Under the pieces are notes generated by a model. That model searched no databases. It had not been told where the DNA came from and saw only the letters and a list, made by a program, of their open reading frames with translations. A DNA stretch of 64,000 bases from Sedimentisphaerales bacterium (lineage in GTDB: Bacteria > Planctomycetota > Phycisphaerae > Sedimentisphaerales > Anaerobacaceae): positions 2,624,001 to 2,688,000 of the forward strand of contig OY970194.1 of the NCBI GenBank assembly GCA_963708075.1, written 5' to 3'. How positions within the stretch are numbered: position 1 is the stretch's first letter; every line of letters starts with the position of its first letter. This document shows, piece after piece, positions 1 through 9,524 of the stretch. A program made the position numbers and the translations under genes.

Positions 1-35
1 TGAGAAAGCCTCGGGCCTCGTTGTGTCAGCGGCTC

Positions 36-3000
36 TTATGCCGCGGCGGTTTCGCTGCTGTATTCGTCGAAGCGGACGGCGATCTTCTTGCTGACACCCT
101 GCTGCTGCATCGTGATGCCGAACAGCACCTGGGCAATGCTCATCGTCCGCTTGGAGTGCGTGATCACGACGAACTGGCTGTCGATCCCGAAATTGCGCAG
201 GAGCATGTCGAATCGCTCATTATTCGCCTCATCCAGTGCGGCGTCCACCTCGTCGAGGAAACAGAACGGCGAGGGCTTTGTGCGGAAGACCGCGAACAGC
301 AGCGCCAGGGCGGTCATGGATTTCTCGCCGCCGCTGAGCAGTGAGATGCTCCGCGTCTCCTTGCCGGGCGGGCGGGCGATGACCTCGATGCCCGCTTCGA
401 GCACGTCGTCAGACTGCTCAAGCACGATGTCGGCCTTGCCACCACCGAAGAGCTTGCGGAAAATCTGCTGGAAATTCACGCGGATCTGCTCGAACGTCTC
501 GACGAATTTGTCCCGGCTCTGCTTGTTGAGCTTGGTGATGAGCTGCTGGAGCTGATTCTTGCTCTGCGTGAGGTCTTCCACCTGGGTGGCCAGGAAGTTG
601 TGCCGTTCTTCCAGCGTCTCCTGCTCAGCGATGGCATCGAGGTTCACGTTGCCGAGCCGCTCGATCCTGCCCCGCAGATCCATGATCTCGGCCTTCACCT
701 GCTCCCAGTCCACGTCGCCGGTCGTGCGGTTGGCGAACGCCTCCGCCAGATCGATCTGCAACTCGTCGCGCACCCGCGCGACCAGGTCCTGCTGGCGGAC
801 ATCCAACTGGCCGAGCTCGACTCGCAACTCGCCGATCTTGTGCTCGACCTCGGCTTTCTGGGATCGCTTCGAACGGACAAGCTCATCGTTGTGCTTCTGT
901 TCGGCGACGAGCTGCTCCAGCTCCTCCTGCAACGTCCGGCTGCCTTGCTGGGCGGTTTCCTTCTCGACGTACAACTCAGAGACGTGGGACTCGCACTGAA
1001 GGATGTCCCTCTGGGCCTCGACGAGTTGCCCGCCGCACACCTGCACGTCGTCCTCCGCGGCGGCCAGCGTCTGCAGGCTCGCCTGGATCTGGCCATGCAG
1101 CCGCTCGATGATCTGCCGCAAGCCCTTCTGTTGTTCGATGACCTGGCCCAACTGGACCTTCAAGTCGGTCAAGTCCTGCATCCGGCCCTGCTGCATCTCC
1201 TTGAGCCCATGGTAGCGAATCTCGATCTCCTCGATGCGCGCCTTGCGCTCGCGGTTCACGGTCTCCAGTTCGTTCAGGCGCTGCTTGGACTCATATTCCT
1301 TCTGCACAGACTGGGCGATTTCCGCCTCCAGCGAGCCGATCTCGCCGGCGATCAGCGGTTCCTCCTCTTTCAGCCGCTTGACGTCGCGCTCGTAGACTGC
1401 CAGCTTGGACGTTGCCTGCATCTTCTCCGTATTCGCCTCGTAGATCGCGGTGCGCAGGTCCTTGCACAGCTTTTCCAGGTGGGCCTTCGTCTGGGTGTTT
1501 CGCTGGATATGACTCTCCAGTTGCGCGATCTCGGCATTGATACCCGCGATCGTCTCCTCCAACTGATTCATGCGGCTTCGGCGGGAGATCAGGCCAGTCG
1601 CCTTGCCCAGCGGCCCGAGACGAACCAGGCCTTCCCGGCTGAGGCACTCGCCGTTGAGCGTGACGAATGTGTAACCCGCCCGTGTGTAGTCGCTCAGTTG
1701 CAGTGCCGCATCGAGCGAATCTACGACGATGGTCTTACCGAGCAGGCACCAAGCCAGCGGGGCGTACTTGCTCTTGAACCGGACGAACTCGACAAGCCGC
1801 CCCTTCACGAAGGGGTACGCCGAGAAATCCGCGTCATCGACGAACGGCTCCGGGCAATCCAGGCCGCGGAACTGCACGCGCCCCTCCAGGTTCGACAGGG
1901 TCTGCCCATCCTGCAGGAGCACAGCCACATCCCTGACCAGCAGCACGTCGGTCAATCCCTCCAGGGCCGCTTCCACCGCCCCGGCGTATGCGACATCCGT
2001 AACGATCTTTTCCGCGAGAATGCCGTCGATGTAGTCGCGCCGGCGGCTCTCGTCGTTCTGCGTTTTGACGATGCTCTTGACGGCGTTGCCGAGCCCTTCG
2101 TACCGGCGTTCCATGTCCGTCAGGACCGCCAGCTCGCTGCTCAGAGCGCTGCGGGCCTCCTTGCTGTGAGCCAGCCGCTTGCCGTCCTCAGCGATCAGGG
2201 TCTCCGCCTCCTCGATTTTCTGCCGCTTGGACTCCAGATTCTGTTCGAGCTCTTCGAGCACGCGGGCGATGTCCCCCATCCGCGCGTTGTATTGGGCCTT
2301 TTCCGTCAGGACCCGTTCGAGTTCCGCCTTGGCCAACTCAGCGCGGCTGGCCAGCCGATCCCGCTGATTCGACAGGCTCGTGCGATAGTTGGAGATGCTC
2401 TGAATTTCGTTGTGGAGTTGGGCCGTGCGACGGACGATATCGATGATCCCCGATTTCTCGTCCTCGAGTTCCGCCTCCAGAGAGACCAGTTGCGCATCGG
2501 CCTCACGGGTAATCTTCTGGACTTCCTCGATCGCCTCGGTCTTCTCAGCGACGACACGGTCGCAATCACCCAGTTCGTCGCGATGACGCCCCAGGTCCGC
2601 CTTGAGCGCATCACCCTGCCCTCGCAGCCGTTCAATCTCCTGCACTGCCGCCGCCCTTCGCTGCTCCAGCTCGGCGATGCGGGAGCGGAGGAAATCGATT
2701 CGCTGGATCTTCTGGTCGATCTTGCTCTGAATGGAGACGAGGGCATTTCCGGTCTCGCTGAGCTTATGCTCCTTATCGATGATCTCGTTTCCGAGCCGGC
2801 TGACGGCGGCTTCGGCCCCCGCTTCCTCCGCGGCGGCGGCCGAGAAGAGATCCTCCGCATGGCGAAGCGCCTCGCCCCGGGAATCGAGTTGTTCCTTGTT
2901 CCGCGAGTACTCGACGAGCGAGTAATTGACCTGAAGCTCCTTGAGCTTCTGTGTGTATTCGAGGTAGTTGCGGGCCTTGCCGGCCTGGAGTTTGACGCTG

Positions 3001-3620
3001 CGCAGCCGCTTGGCCACTTCCGCCAAGATGTCGGCCAGGCGAAGCAGATTCTGCTCGGTATGTTCGAGCTTACGCAGGGCCTCTTTCTTGTGGGCCTTGT
3101 ACTTACTGATGCCGGCGGCCTCTTCGAACACAATCCGCCGATCCTCCTTCGAGGCACTGACGAGTTTCTCCACCTGGCCCTGCTCGATGATGGAGTAGGC
3201 CCTGGTGGCGACGCCGGTGTCCATGAACAGCTCGCGGATGTCTTTCAGGCGACAGACTTTGTTGTTGATTCGGTACTCGTTCTCGCCGCTGCGGTAGATG
3301 CGCCGGGAGATCTGGACTTGCTCGGTGTCGATAGGCAACCGGCCGCTGGCGCTGCCCTGCGGATTGGAAAGGATCAGTGTCACTTCCGCCGAGCCAAGCG
3401 GTTTGCGGCTGCCGCTGCCGCCGAAGATCACGTCGGCCATCTGGTCGCTGCGAAGGCTCTTTACCTTCTGCTCGCCCAGGACCCACTTGACCGCGTCCAC
3501 CACGTTGCTCTTGCCGCACCCGTTAGGTCCGACAATCCCCGTGATGGCAGCATCAAAATTGAATTCCGTTCTATCCGCAAAGCTCTTGAAGCCGTCAAGT
3601 ACGATTTTCTCCAGTCGCAT
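36..3620 (-). CDS. smc: Chromosome segregation protein SMC
   Basis: 1194 aa; Walker A GPNGCGKSN, long coiled coils, central hinge, signature LSGGE, Walker B FLDEVDAALD. Confidence 0.97.
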   Translation of the reverse strand: MRLEKIVLDGFKSFADRTEFNFDAAITGIVGPNGCGKSNVVDAVKWVLGEQKVKSLRSDQMADVIFGGSGSRKPLGSAEVTLILSNPQGSASGRLPIDTEQVQISRRIYRSGENEYRINNKVCRLKDIRELFMDTGVATRAYSIIEQGQVEKLVSASKEDRRIVFEEAAGISKYKAHKKEALRKLEHTEQNLLRLADILAEVAKRLRSVKLQAGKARNYLEYTQKLKELQVNYSLVEYSRNKEQLDSRGEALRHAEDLFSAAAAEEAGAEAAVSRLGNEIIDKEHKLSETGNALVSIQSKIDQKIQRIDFLRSRIAELEQRRAAAVQEIERLRGQGDALKADLGRHRDELGDCDRVVAEKTEAIEEVQKITREADAQLVSLEAELEDEKSGIIDIVRRTAQLHNEIQSISNYRTSLSNQRDRLASRAELAKAELERVLTEKAQYNARMGDIARVLEELEQNLESKRQKIEEAETLIAEDGKRLAHSKEARSALSSELAVLTDMERRYEGLGNAVKSIVKTQNDESRRRDYIDGILAEKIVTDVAYAGAVEAALEGLTDVLLVRDVAVLLQDGQTLSNLEGRVQFRGLDCPEPFVDDADFSAYPFVKGRLVEFVRFKSKYAPLAWCLLGKTIVVDSLDAALQLSDYTRAGYTFVTLNGECLSREGLVRLGPLGKATGLISRRSRMNQLEETIAGINAEIAQLESHIQRNTQTKAHLEKLCKDLRTAIYEANTEKMQATSKLAVYERDVKRLKEEEPLIAGEIGSLEAEIAQSVQKEYESKQRLNELETVNRERKARIEEIEIRYHGLKEMQQGRMQDLTDLKVQLGQVIEQQKGLRQIIERLHGQIQASLQTLAAAEDDVQVCGGQLVEAQRDILQCESHVSELYVEKETAQQGSRTLQEELEQLVAEQKHNDELVRSKRSQKAEVEHKIGELRVELGQLDVRQQDLVARVRDELQIDLAEAFANRTTGDVDWEQVKAEIMDLRGRIERLGNVNLDAIAEQETLEERHNFLATQVEDLTQSKNQLQQLITKLNKQSRDKFVETFEQIRVNFQQIFRKLFGGGKADIVLEQSDDVLEAGIEVIARPPGKETRSISLLSGGEKSMTALALLFAVFRTKPSPFCFLDEVDAALDEANNERFDMLLRNFGIDSQFVVITHSKRTMSIAQVLFGITMQQQGVSKKIAVRFDEYSSETAAA

Positions 3621-3714
3621 CGTCTATCCAAAAACTCACAGGTTCAAAAAAGACACCGCTCCTTCGGGTGCGGCTTGGGAACACCACGTTACTATATTAT
3701 CGGCCTACCGCCAC

Positions 3715-5338
3715 TCATTTCTTGATTATTAGACCCGGTTTCGGGAGAGGACCGGCCCAGAACTCCGCGGTCACCATATCTTTGGCCGTCAACTGCTGCA
3801 GCAGGACAATCACGTCCGAATAGGACACGTCGAGGCCGGGGGGCCCTCCGTCCCTCGCCTTCGCCGATTCTGCTCCGAGAGTCCGGATGATCTCCGCCAA
3901 ATCGAAGCCGGTATGCAGCGGCTCGATGGGCCCGGGTCGTGTGGAATGTCTGCGGATGAGCGAGACATACTCCTGACCGGGCTGCGAATTCACCATCACC
4001 ATGCCGTCCGACGACTCCACAAACAGCTCCTTCCGACACCTCAGTGGTGGGCCGAACAGGACGATCCGGGGATCGCCGCTGCGTGCAACATAGATCGCCT
4101 GGCGATCGGTCTGGACCACGTGCTCGATATAGAAGCTGCGCCCGACACGTTCCTGCATGATGGCCGGGTCATTCATGTCCCGCAGGCGTTCATAGGCGCC
4201 GATCACAATCGCAGTGTCACGATCGCCCAGCAGCCGCTGGGCCAGCGCCGCCGCATCGTTTCGCGATGCGCCGAGCACCAGAGCATCGAGCGCCTCCAGA
4301 CGGCGCTGCGACTTCGGGTCCAGGGCGATCTCCTGCAGCATCCCGAAACCACGGTCATCGTCGAGGTTCAGCATGCACCGGGCCGCTCGCAGACGGACCT
4401 CCTCGTCCGAGGCGTTGAGCAGGCCGGCCAGTTTGCTCAGACTCTCACGTCCCAACGCCTCCAGCGCGATCTCGCTTTCGTCCTTCCTGTCGGACACCGC
4501 TAACCGGTGGACCAGCGTATTGACCCGGGCGTCGATCAACTCGCGTGTCTGATCCAGGTACGTGGCACCGATCATCGAGATGAACCACAGCTTTCGCTGG
4601 CGGTATTTGGCGGGGATGCGGAACCCAATTATGTTCGGCGATAGGGCTTCGGCGGTGCCCGGGCCATAGCGCTCGTTCAGGCGGTTGCGAATCCCGCTGG
4701 TCAGCAGGTAATTGGTCTTGCGCAAAGACATGCCGCCCTGGTAGTCCCTGACCGCCCGGCCGCCGCCGAGGATGTACCCTTCCCTCAGGTCGGGCTTGCT
4801 CACGCCGATCATGTTAGTAAATACGGGGCCCTCGACAGTCGCCAGGGTCCTGGCCGCGGTGCCCACCTTGCCTGCCGGCATCAACTCGGCTTTGTACAGC
4901 CATCCGCCGTGGAGAGAGGTCGCCTCCGATCCGGCTAGGCAGAGAGACCCGCACGTCGAAAGGCTCTTTTTGGTGTGCAGCAGCGGGAAGAGCCGCTTCC
5001 AGCCGCACCACGGCTGTATCCTTGCTGTCTATTAGTTTATCGAAGTCATACCCGCCCGCAGGCAGTTGCATCCGGATGTATCGCTTGAGATACTCCCGGA
5101 TCGCCGCGGGGCAATCCGCCGAGCCTGTGCCGGGCAGCCCTCCCACCAGGCCGAACCCCTCCACGGCCACGGGTTCGGACGCCGCCACCTTCGCTACAGA
5201 ACTGATCCGTGTACCCAGCTTGCTCTCCGGCACCACCCCGATGGAGTCGGCGGCACTCTCCTCATGCCGGCAACCGGCAAGCAGGCACGCGAACAGCACG
5301 CCCACCAGATAGAACAGTTTCCCGTAATGATTGCTCAT
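3715..5338 (-). CDS. FlgI (P-ring)-like domain + HEAT-repeat lipoprotein, split by a +1 frameshift near 4936
   Basis: Lipobox LLAGC; GFGLVGGLPGTG motif; removing one base near 4936 gives FDVRVSLP-AGSEATSLHGGWL (FlgI-like motif) joining ORFs 4814-5380 and 3715-4884; HEAT-like repeats C-terminally. Confidence 0.7.
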
Positions 5339-5464
5339 ACCACCGGATATCGCCCAAATAGCCGCTTTCGAATGAGACAAACTTGGACGGATGGTACCGC
5401 ATTATAGGACGTGCGTCAAGAGCGGTTGCAGGGCTGGAGGCCGCATGGACCGCCCGCCTCGCAG

Positions 5465-5529
5465 ATTGGTCCCATTCGTCCTATAGGTCCAAATGGACAG
5501 AGTGGACCTATAGGACGAATAGGACCTAT
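5465..5529. repeat. 27-bp inverted repeat built from 9-bp units (ATAGGACCT-like)
   Basis: 5474-5491 ATTCGTCCTATAGGTCCA pairs perfectly with 5503-5520; extends to 27 bp with 2 mismatches; 11-nt loop. Confidence 0.9.
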
Positions 5530-5548
5530 AAGTGCCGAAGCCTGCGCC

Positions 5549-5701
5549 CTACTCCCCCATGATCTGACAGATGACCGTGCGATTGCGGGATCGGGTGTCG
5601 AAGTCTACCAGAATAATCTGCTGCCACGTACCCAGGGTCAGCCGGCCATCGACAAACGGCACACTCAGCGATGGGCCAAGCAGCGAGGCACGCACATGGG
5701 A
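5549..5701 (-). pseudogene. yjbQ: 3' remnant of a YjbQ/UPF0047 family gene
   Basis: Reads SHVRASLLGPSLSVPFVDGRLTLGTWQQIILVDFDTRSRNRTVICQIMGE*; LGTWQ motif; in-frame stop at 5735-5737 leaves no room for the N-terminal part. Confidence 0.85.
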
Positions 5702-5734
5702 GCTATCGGCCGGCACCTGTTGCCGGTGCGACTT

Positions 5735-6277
5735 TCAGGCTGGTTTCATGTGCAGCCAATAGGCGGGGAAGGTCGTCAGGACCCAGATGCCGGCGGCAGC
5801 CAGTACAACCAGAATACCAATGATGCGGAGACCGCGAACGTCGGGCCACCGCAGTACTGCAACCGCTCCCGCGCCGCTCAGACCGGTAAGGATGAAGCCG
5901 AGCCCGGGCATGATGGGGCCCGGAGTTAAGGACAAGTGGATGATTCGGATGCCCAGCAGGATAGCTGCCAAGCCAGGCAAGAAGGCGTAATACCCCAGGG
6001 GCAGGAGCCTCCATCCGGCCGCCAGGGCCCAAGCCGCTCCAAGAAACAGCACGCCCAACAGGACCGACATCTCGCCATACGCCATGCTGAACGGCGCGGG
6101 GAGCGGCCACGTGAACGCCATCGCAAAGCCGGCGATTGTAGCCACCAGGCCGGAGATTCCGAATGCCGGCGCCCAGCTTCGGTTGTCGGGTCGATTCAGC
6201 CCCCACCAGAGAAAAGAGGCCAGTACAACCAGGGCGGCGGTCATGTTGATCAGGAGCAGCGTTACATAGTCGATCAT
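5735..6277 (-). CDS. DUF981-like integral membrane protein
   Basis: MIDYVTLLLINM start, TWPLP..(F/Y)GE motif, about 6 hydrophobic segments. Confidence 0.75.
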   Translation of the reverse strand: MIDYVTLLLINMTAALVVLASFLWWGLNRPDNRSWAPAFGISGLVATIAGFAMAFTWPLPAPFSMAYGEMSVLLGVLFLGAAWALAAGWRLLPLGYYAFLPGLAAILLGIRIIHLSLTPGPIMPGLGFILTGLSGAGAVAVLRWPDVRGLRIIGILVVLAAAGIWVLTTFPAYWLHMKPA

Positions 6278-6564
6278 CGGTCTGCCGCCATTCATATTAC
6301 ACCCCTTTCAGGTCCCCCTGCTCAGTCTCCTGTACGGCCGTGACGGCAAGCGGTCTATAGGGGAATTACTGCAGCCTCCATTGCCCCGGCCCGAACGCAA
6401 TCGCCACTTATCAACTCATGCAGCATCGCCCTATGACAGATTAGGGGTATTGCCTATGTTGCAGCGTGTCCGAGTACACTACTATGCACTCTCAGTTCGG
6501 CATCAGACCCAGACTGAGCCACGGATGGCAACCGAACCGCAAAGGGGAGTTGGAGAGCAGAGAT

Positions 6565-6763
6565 ATGCATACGACTCACAAAGAGAACACTGCCGTCAGG
6601 CCTCAACGGAGGGGGCAAGACGTGTCGTGCCCGAGATGCTCCTCGGCCATGGTGGAGAACCGATCGCATCGTCGAGAACGGCTTTGCATATATCTGGTAC
6701 GAGTGCAGTGAGGTGGATTGCACGGAGCAGTGGCTGGCGAAGCGGCCGGCGATGGCGGGATAG
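6565..6763 (+). CDS. Small Ogr/Delta-like zinc-finger protein (65 aa after correcting a +1 frameshift at 6655-6661)
   Basis: GGAG upstream of ATG; corrected frame reads ...SCPRCSSAMVETDRIVENGFAYIWYECSEVDCTEQWLAKRPAMAG* = C-x2-C-x21-C-x4-C. Confidence 0.7.
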
Positions 6764-7199
6764 ATCGCCGGCGTCGCTTCCCGGGCCGAAGTTCCAGCCG
6801 CATAAGGCTCGTCAGGGCGCATACGATAGAGTGCAGGAATGGAGTGAAACAGAGGCTACGCTACCCACGCGTGTTTCACGTGGCTGTCACAGCCGGGGTA
6901 TCCATGGAGGGCGGGGAGGGATCCCGGCTGATGCGCGAGGAGGGTGATGAGAGACCCAGCCTTCCCACGATCTTCACCTCGCGGGGAAGGCTTGCGCCAC
7001 TGCAGCACAATCAGGTTCCATCAAATTCCACACGGTTGGGCGGCGCTGCCAGACTCGTTGGATCGCACTCATTCGACGGAGCCTGATCATGTGAGACTCC
7101 ACGGGCAAACGAGTTGGCCCGAGCAGTGAGCGAGCCTGCAATGAGGTAGCACTCTGGAAACTCCGTCCTCGGTTGCTGAACTTGTCGTTGCAGGGTGTG

Positions 7200-8651
7200 T
7201 CAGCCGAGCCTGGCGAGCAGATCGTCGACGCGGACCGTGGCGAAACCCGTCGCCGCGTCGCTGATGCCGTAAGGGATAACCAGGGTCTTGTTGTGAACGA
7301 GACCGCCGCAGGAGTACACGACGTTCGGTACGTAGCCCGTGCGTTCGTCCGGCGCCGGAGCGAGCAGAGGCTGATCGAGCCGGCCGATCACCTTCGTCGG
7401 GTCCTTGAGGTCCAGCAGCATGGCGCCGATGCAGTAGCGGCGCATGGGTCCAACGCCATGCGTCAACAGAAGCCAGCCTGCCTCCGTCTCGATCGGCGAG
7501 CCGCAATTGCCGACCTGCACGAACTCCCACGAGTACCTGGGCCCCTCGATGGGCACCGCCTCGTTCCAGAGAAGCACGTCGTCCGATTTGAGCAGATAAA
7601 GGTTCTCGCCGTCGATTCGCGCGCTCATCATATACCGGCCGTCGATCTTGCGGGGAAACAGCGCCAGCCCTTTGTTGCGAGCGAAGTAGCCTCGCAGGGC
7701 GCGAATCCTCGCCAGGCTGGGCCGGGCCAGTTCGAACATCTGCGGGCGTATCCGCGCACCGTCGTAGGCGGTGTAGGTGCCGTAGTATCGCACTGAGCCG
7801 TCGTCATCGGTGAATCGCACGAGGCGCATGTCCTCCATGCCGCGGGATTCCGCCTGGCAAATGGGAAACAGGACGAGTTGCGTGATGTCCCCGCCGGGAA
7901 CCGTCTCGATGTCGTAGTCGCAGGAGGCGATCCATTCCGGGCTGTCGTACGCGTCTTCCTCGCCGGTCAAGCCTTCGAGCCTGTGCACCCTGTAGAGGTA
8001 GCGTCGCAACTGGTCCATGGTGAATGCATCGCCGCTCGGCCCGAGCACGGTCTCGGTAAACGTTTCGGGTACCCCCTTCTCCGTTACCCGGGGATGAGGT
8101 TTGACCTGGCTAAGCCGCAGTGGCTCCATCTTCCTGGCATGTTGATGGTACGGCCCGGCAGGCCTCATGCTGACATTGCCTGCTGCATCGATAATGCCCC
8201 GGCGGAAGATGATGGAGGAGATATGGCCTTCGCCGACGGTCCGCAGACTCATCGCAAACCGCAACGCCCCCGACGGCACGTCGGTCTGATCGATGTCCGG
8301 CGTCATGGACGGATTGAAGATGGCCGCCGAGGCAAAGGAGTACTCCAGTGTAAAATATGCCCCGATCAGCAGCTTCTTGTCATCGGACAGCCTGTCCGGC
8401 ACATTGATGCGCCGTGCTACCTGCTCGAAGTGGCCCCGGAAGATGTCCAGCAGGCCGTCGTGGAGGGGGCCGAAATCGGTCATTGTCGACGCCAGCAGAT
8501 GCGATGCCTGGGTGTCATCCAAGGCTAGAATGCGATCGACCAATCGCTTTGCACGCTCTGTACCGGCCCAGAATAGACGCGTGATTGTCAACTTGGGATC
8601 AGGGATCAGGCGAACAGGCAATCGCCTTACGACTAACGGTTCTTTGTCCAT
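7200..8651 (-). CDS. Glycoside hydrolase family 130 protein
   Basis: Motifs EYSFASAAIFNPS, GEGHISSI, GMEDMR, YYGTYTAYDG, NKGLALFPRKI, GNCGSPIET, GYVPNVVYSCG. Confidence 0.88.
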   Translation of the reverse strand: MDKEPLVVRRLPVRLIPDPKLTITRLFWAGTERAKRLVDRILALDDTQASHLLASTMTDFGPLHDGLLDIFRGHFEQVARRINVPDRLSDDKKLLIGAYFTLEYSFASAAIFNPSMTPDIDQTDVPSGALRFAMSLRTVGEGHISSIIFRRGIIDAAGNVSMRPAGPYHQHARKMEPLRLSQVKPHPRVTEKGVPETFTETVLGPSGDAFTMDQLRRYLYRVHRLEGLTGEEDAYDSPEWIASCDYDIETVPGGDITQLVLFPICQAESRGMEDMRLVRFTDDDGSVRYYGTYTAYDGARIRPQMFELARPSLARIRALRGYFARNKGLALFPRKIDGRYMMSARIDGENLYLLKSDDVLLWNEAVPIEGPRYSWEFVQVGNCGSPIETEAGWLLLTHGVGPMRRYCIGAMLLDLKDPTKVIGRLDQPLLAPAPDERTGYVPNVVYSCGGLVHNKTLVIPYGISDAATGFATVRVDDLLARLG

Positions 8652-8710
8652 GGCGTCAGACCTCACAATTCGAGCTACGCCAACCCCACTTTCCATGTTC
8701 GCCCATAGGA

Positions 8711-8739
8711 TTGAAATCCTTGCCATGCGCGTGTAGAAT
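8711..8739 (+). promoter_or_regulatory. Sigma70-type promoter, probably giving a leaderless transcript
   Basis: TTGAAA-17 bp-TAGAAT; ATG at 8746 is only 6 nt downstream; no SD sequence. Confidence 0.6.
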
Positions 8740-8745
8740 GTGCAA

Positions 8746-9459
8746 ATGCCTCACAGGACTATGACCATTCAGGATGTGGCGAAACTGCTTGGCAGCGACG
8801 TGCACCGGGTCGAGCGGATGGCCAAGCGGGGAGAGATCCCTTGCCAGAAGATCGGCGGCCAGTTCCGCTTCAACCGCGCCGCAATCACCGAGTGGCTCCA
8901 GCAAAAGATGGGTGGCATGAGTCACGACCACCTGGCCGAGGTCGATGCGGGCATCACCACCCAGCGTCAGACACCGGAGGACGAGGCCATCATCACCCCC
9001 CTACTGCGGATTGAGGCAGTCAGCACGAACTTGGGCTCGCGGACGAAGAACAGTACCCTGCGCGAGCTGGTAGCCCTGGCGGAGAAGACCGGCCTGGTGC
9101 TCGACCTCCAGGCACTGCGGGAGGCGGTCATTCACCGCGAGGAGCTGTGCAGCACGGCCATCGAGCGAGGCGTCGCCATTCCGCACCCTCGCCGCCCGTT
9201 ACCCGAAGCGATCGCCGAGCCAATCCTCGTCGTCGCCAGAACAAGCCAGGGCATCGCCTTCGGCGCCCCTGACGGCCGCATGACCACGCTGTTCTTTCTG
9301 ACGGCCTCGCAGGATGACCGCCACCACCTGCACATCCTCGCCCGACTCTGCCGCATGCTCCGAGACGAGAAGTTCGTCGCCCGGTTGGAGGCGGCGGAAA
9401 CGCCCGGCGAAATGATCGACCTGATGAAACAGCGAGAGCTCGAGGTCATCTCCGAGTAA
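8746..9459 (+). CDS. HTH_17 (excisionase-like) + PTS EIIA (Ntr/fructose-type) fusion
   Basis: N-terminal TIQDVAKLLG...GEIPCQKIGGQFRF; REELCSTAI..GVAIPH phospho-His motif; FGAPDG. Confidence 0.88.
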   Translation: MPHRTMTIQDVAKLLGSDVHRVERMAKRGEIPCQKIGGQFRFNRAAITEWLQQKMGGMSHDHLAEVDAGITTQRQTPEDEAIITPLLRIEAVSTNLGSRTKNSTLRELVALAEKTGLVLDLQALREAVIHREELCSTAIERGVAIPHPRRPLPEAIAEPILVVARTSQGIAFGAPDGRMTTLFFLTASQDDRHHLHILARLCRMLRDEKFVARLEAAETPGEMIDLMKQRELEVISE

Positions 9460-9524
9460 TCGCCACAGACGCGTGGAGGCTAACAGGCCGGACCAGCTTC
9501 AGAAAAGAAGATGAGTGGAGAGAT

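Noticed and set aside
36..3620. SMC as part of a Wadjet/MksBEF defence system
   Set aside because: Canonical housekeeping SMC length and motifs; no jetA/B/D-like neighbour upstream (the downstream side is outside the window)
600..3725. 1041-aa plus-strand ORF and other long antisense ORFs (e.g. 10630-12264, 15209-17281, 24661-26190, 54338-56029)
   Set aside because: Shadow frames of real genes in GC-rich DNA; no recognisable motifs
5465..5529. Possible CRISPR arrays here, at 35413-35545 and at 49918-50040
   Set aside because: Units are 7-9 bp, contiguous and inverted, without unique spacers; no cas genes
5411..5929. 172-aa ORF with IGPIRPIGP collagen-like repeats
   Set aside because: Merely the translation of the DNA inverted repeat and antisense to yjbQ/DUF981
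8746..8910. Excisionase-like HTH as a prophage or ICE marker
   Set aside because: Fused to PTS EIIA, a known chromosomal architecture; no integrase or att site seen
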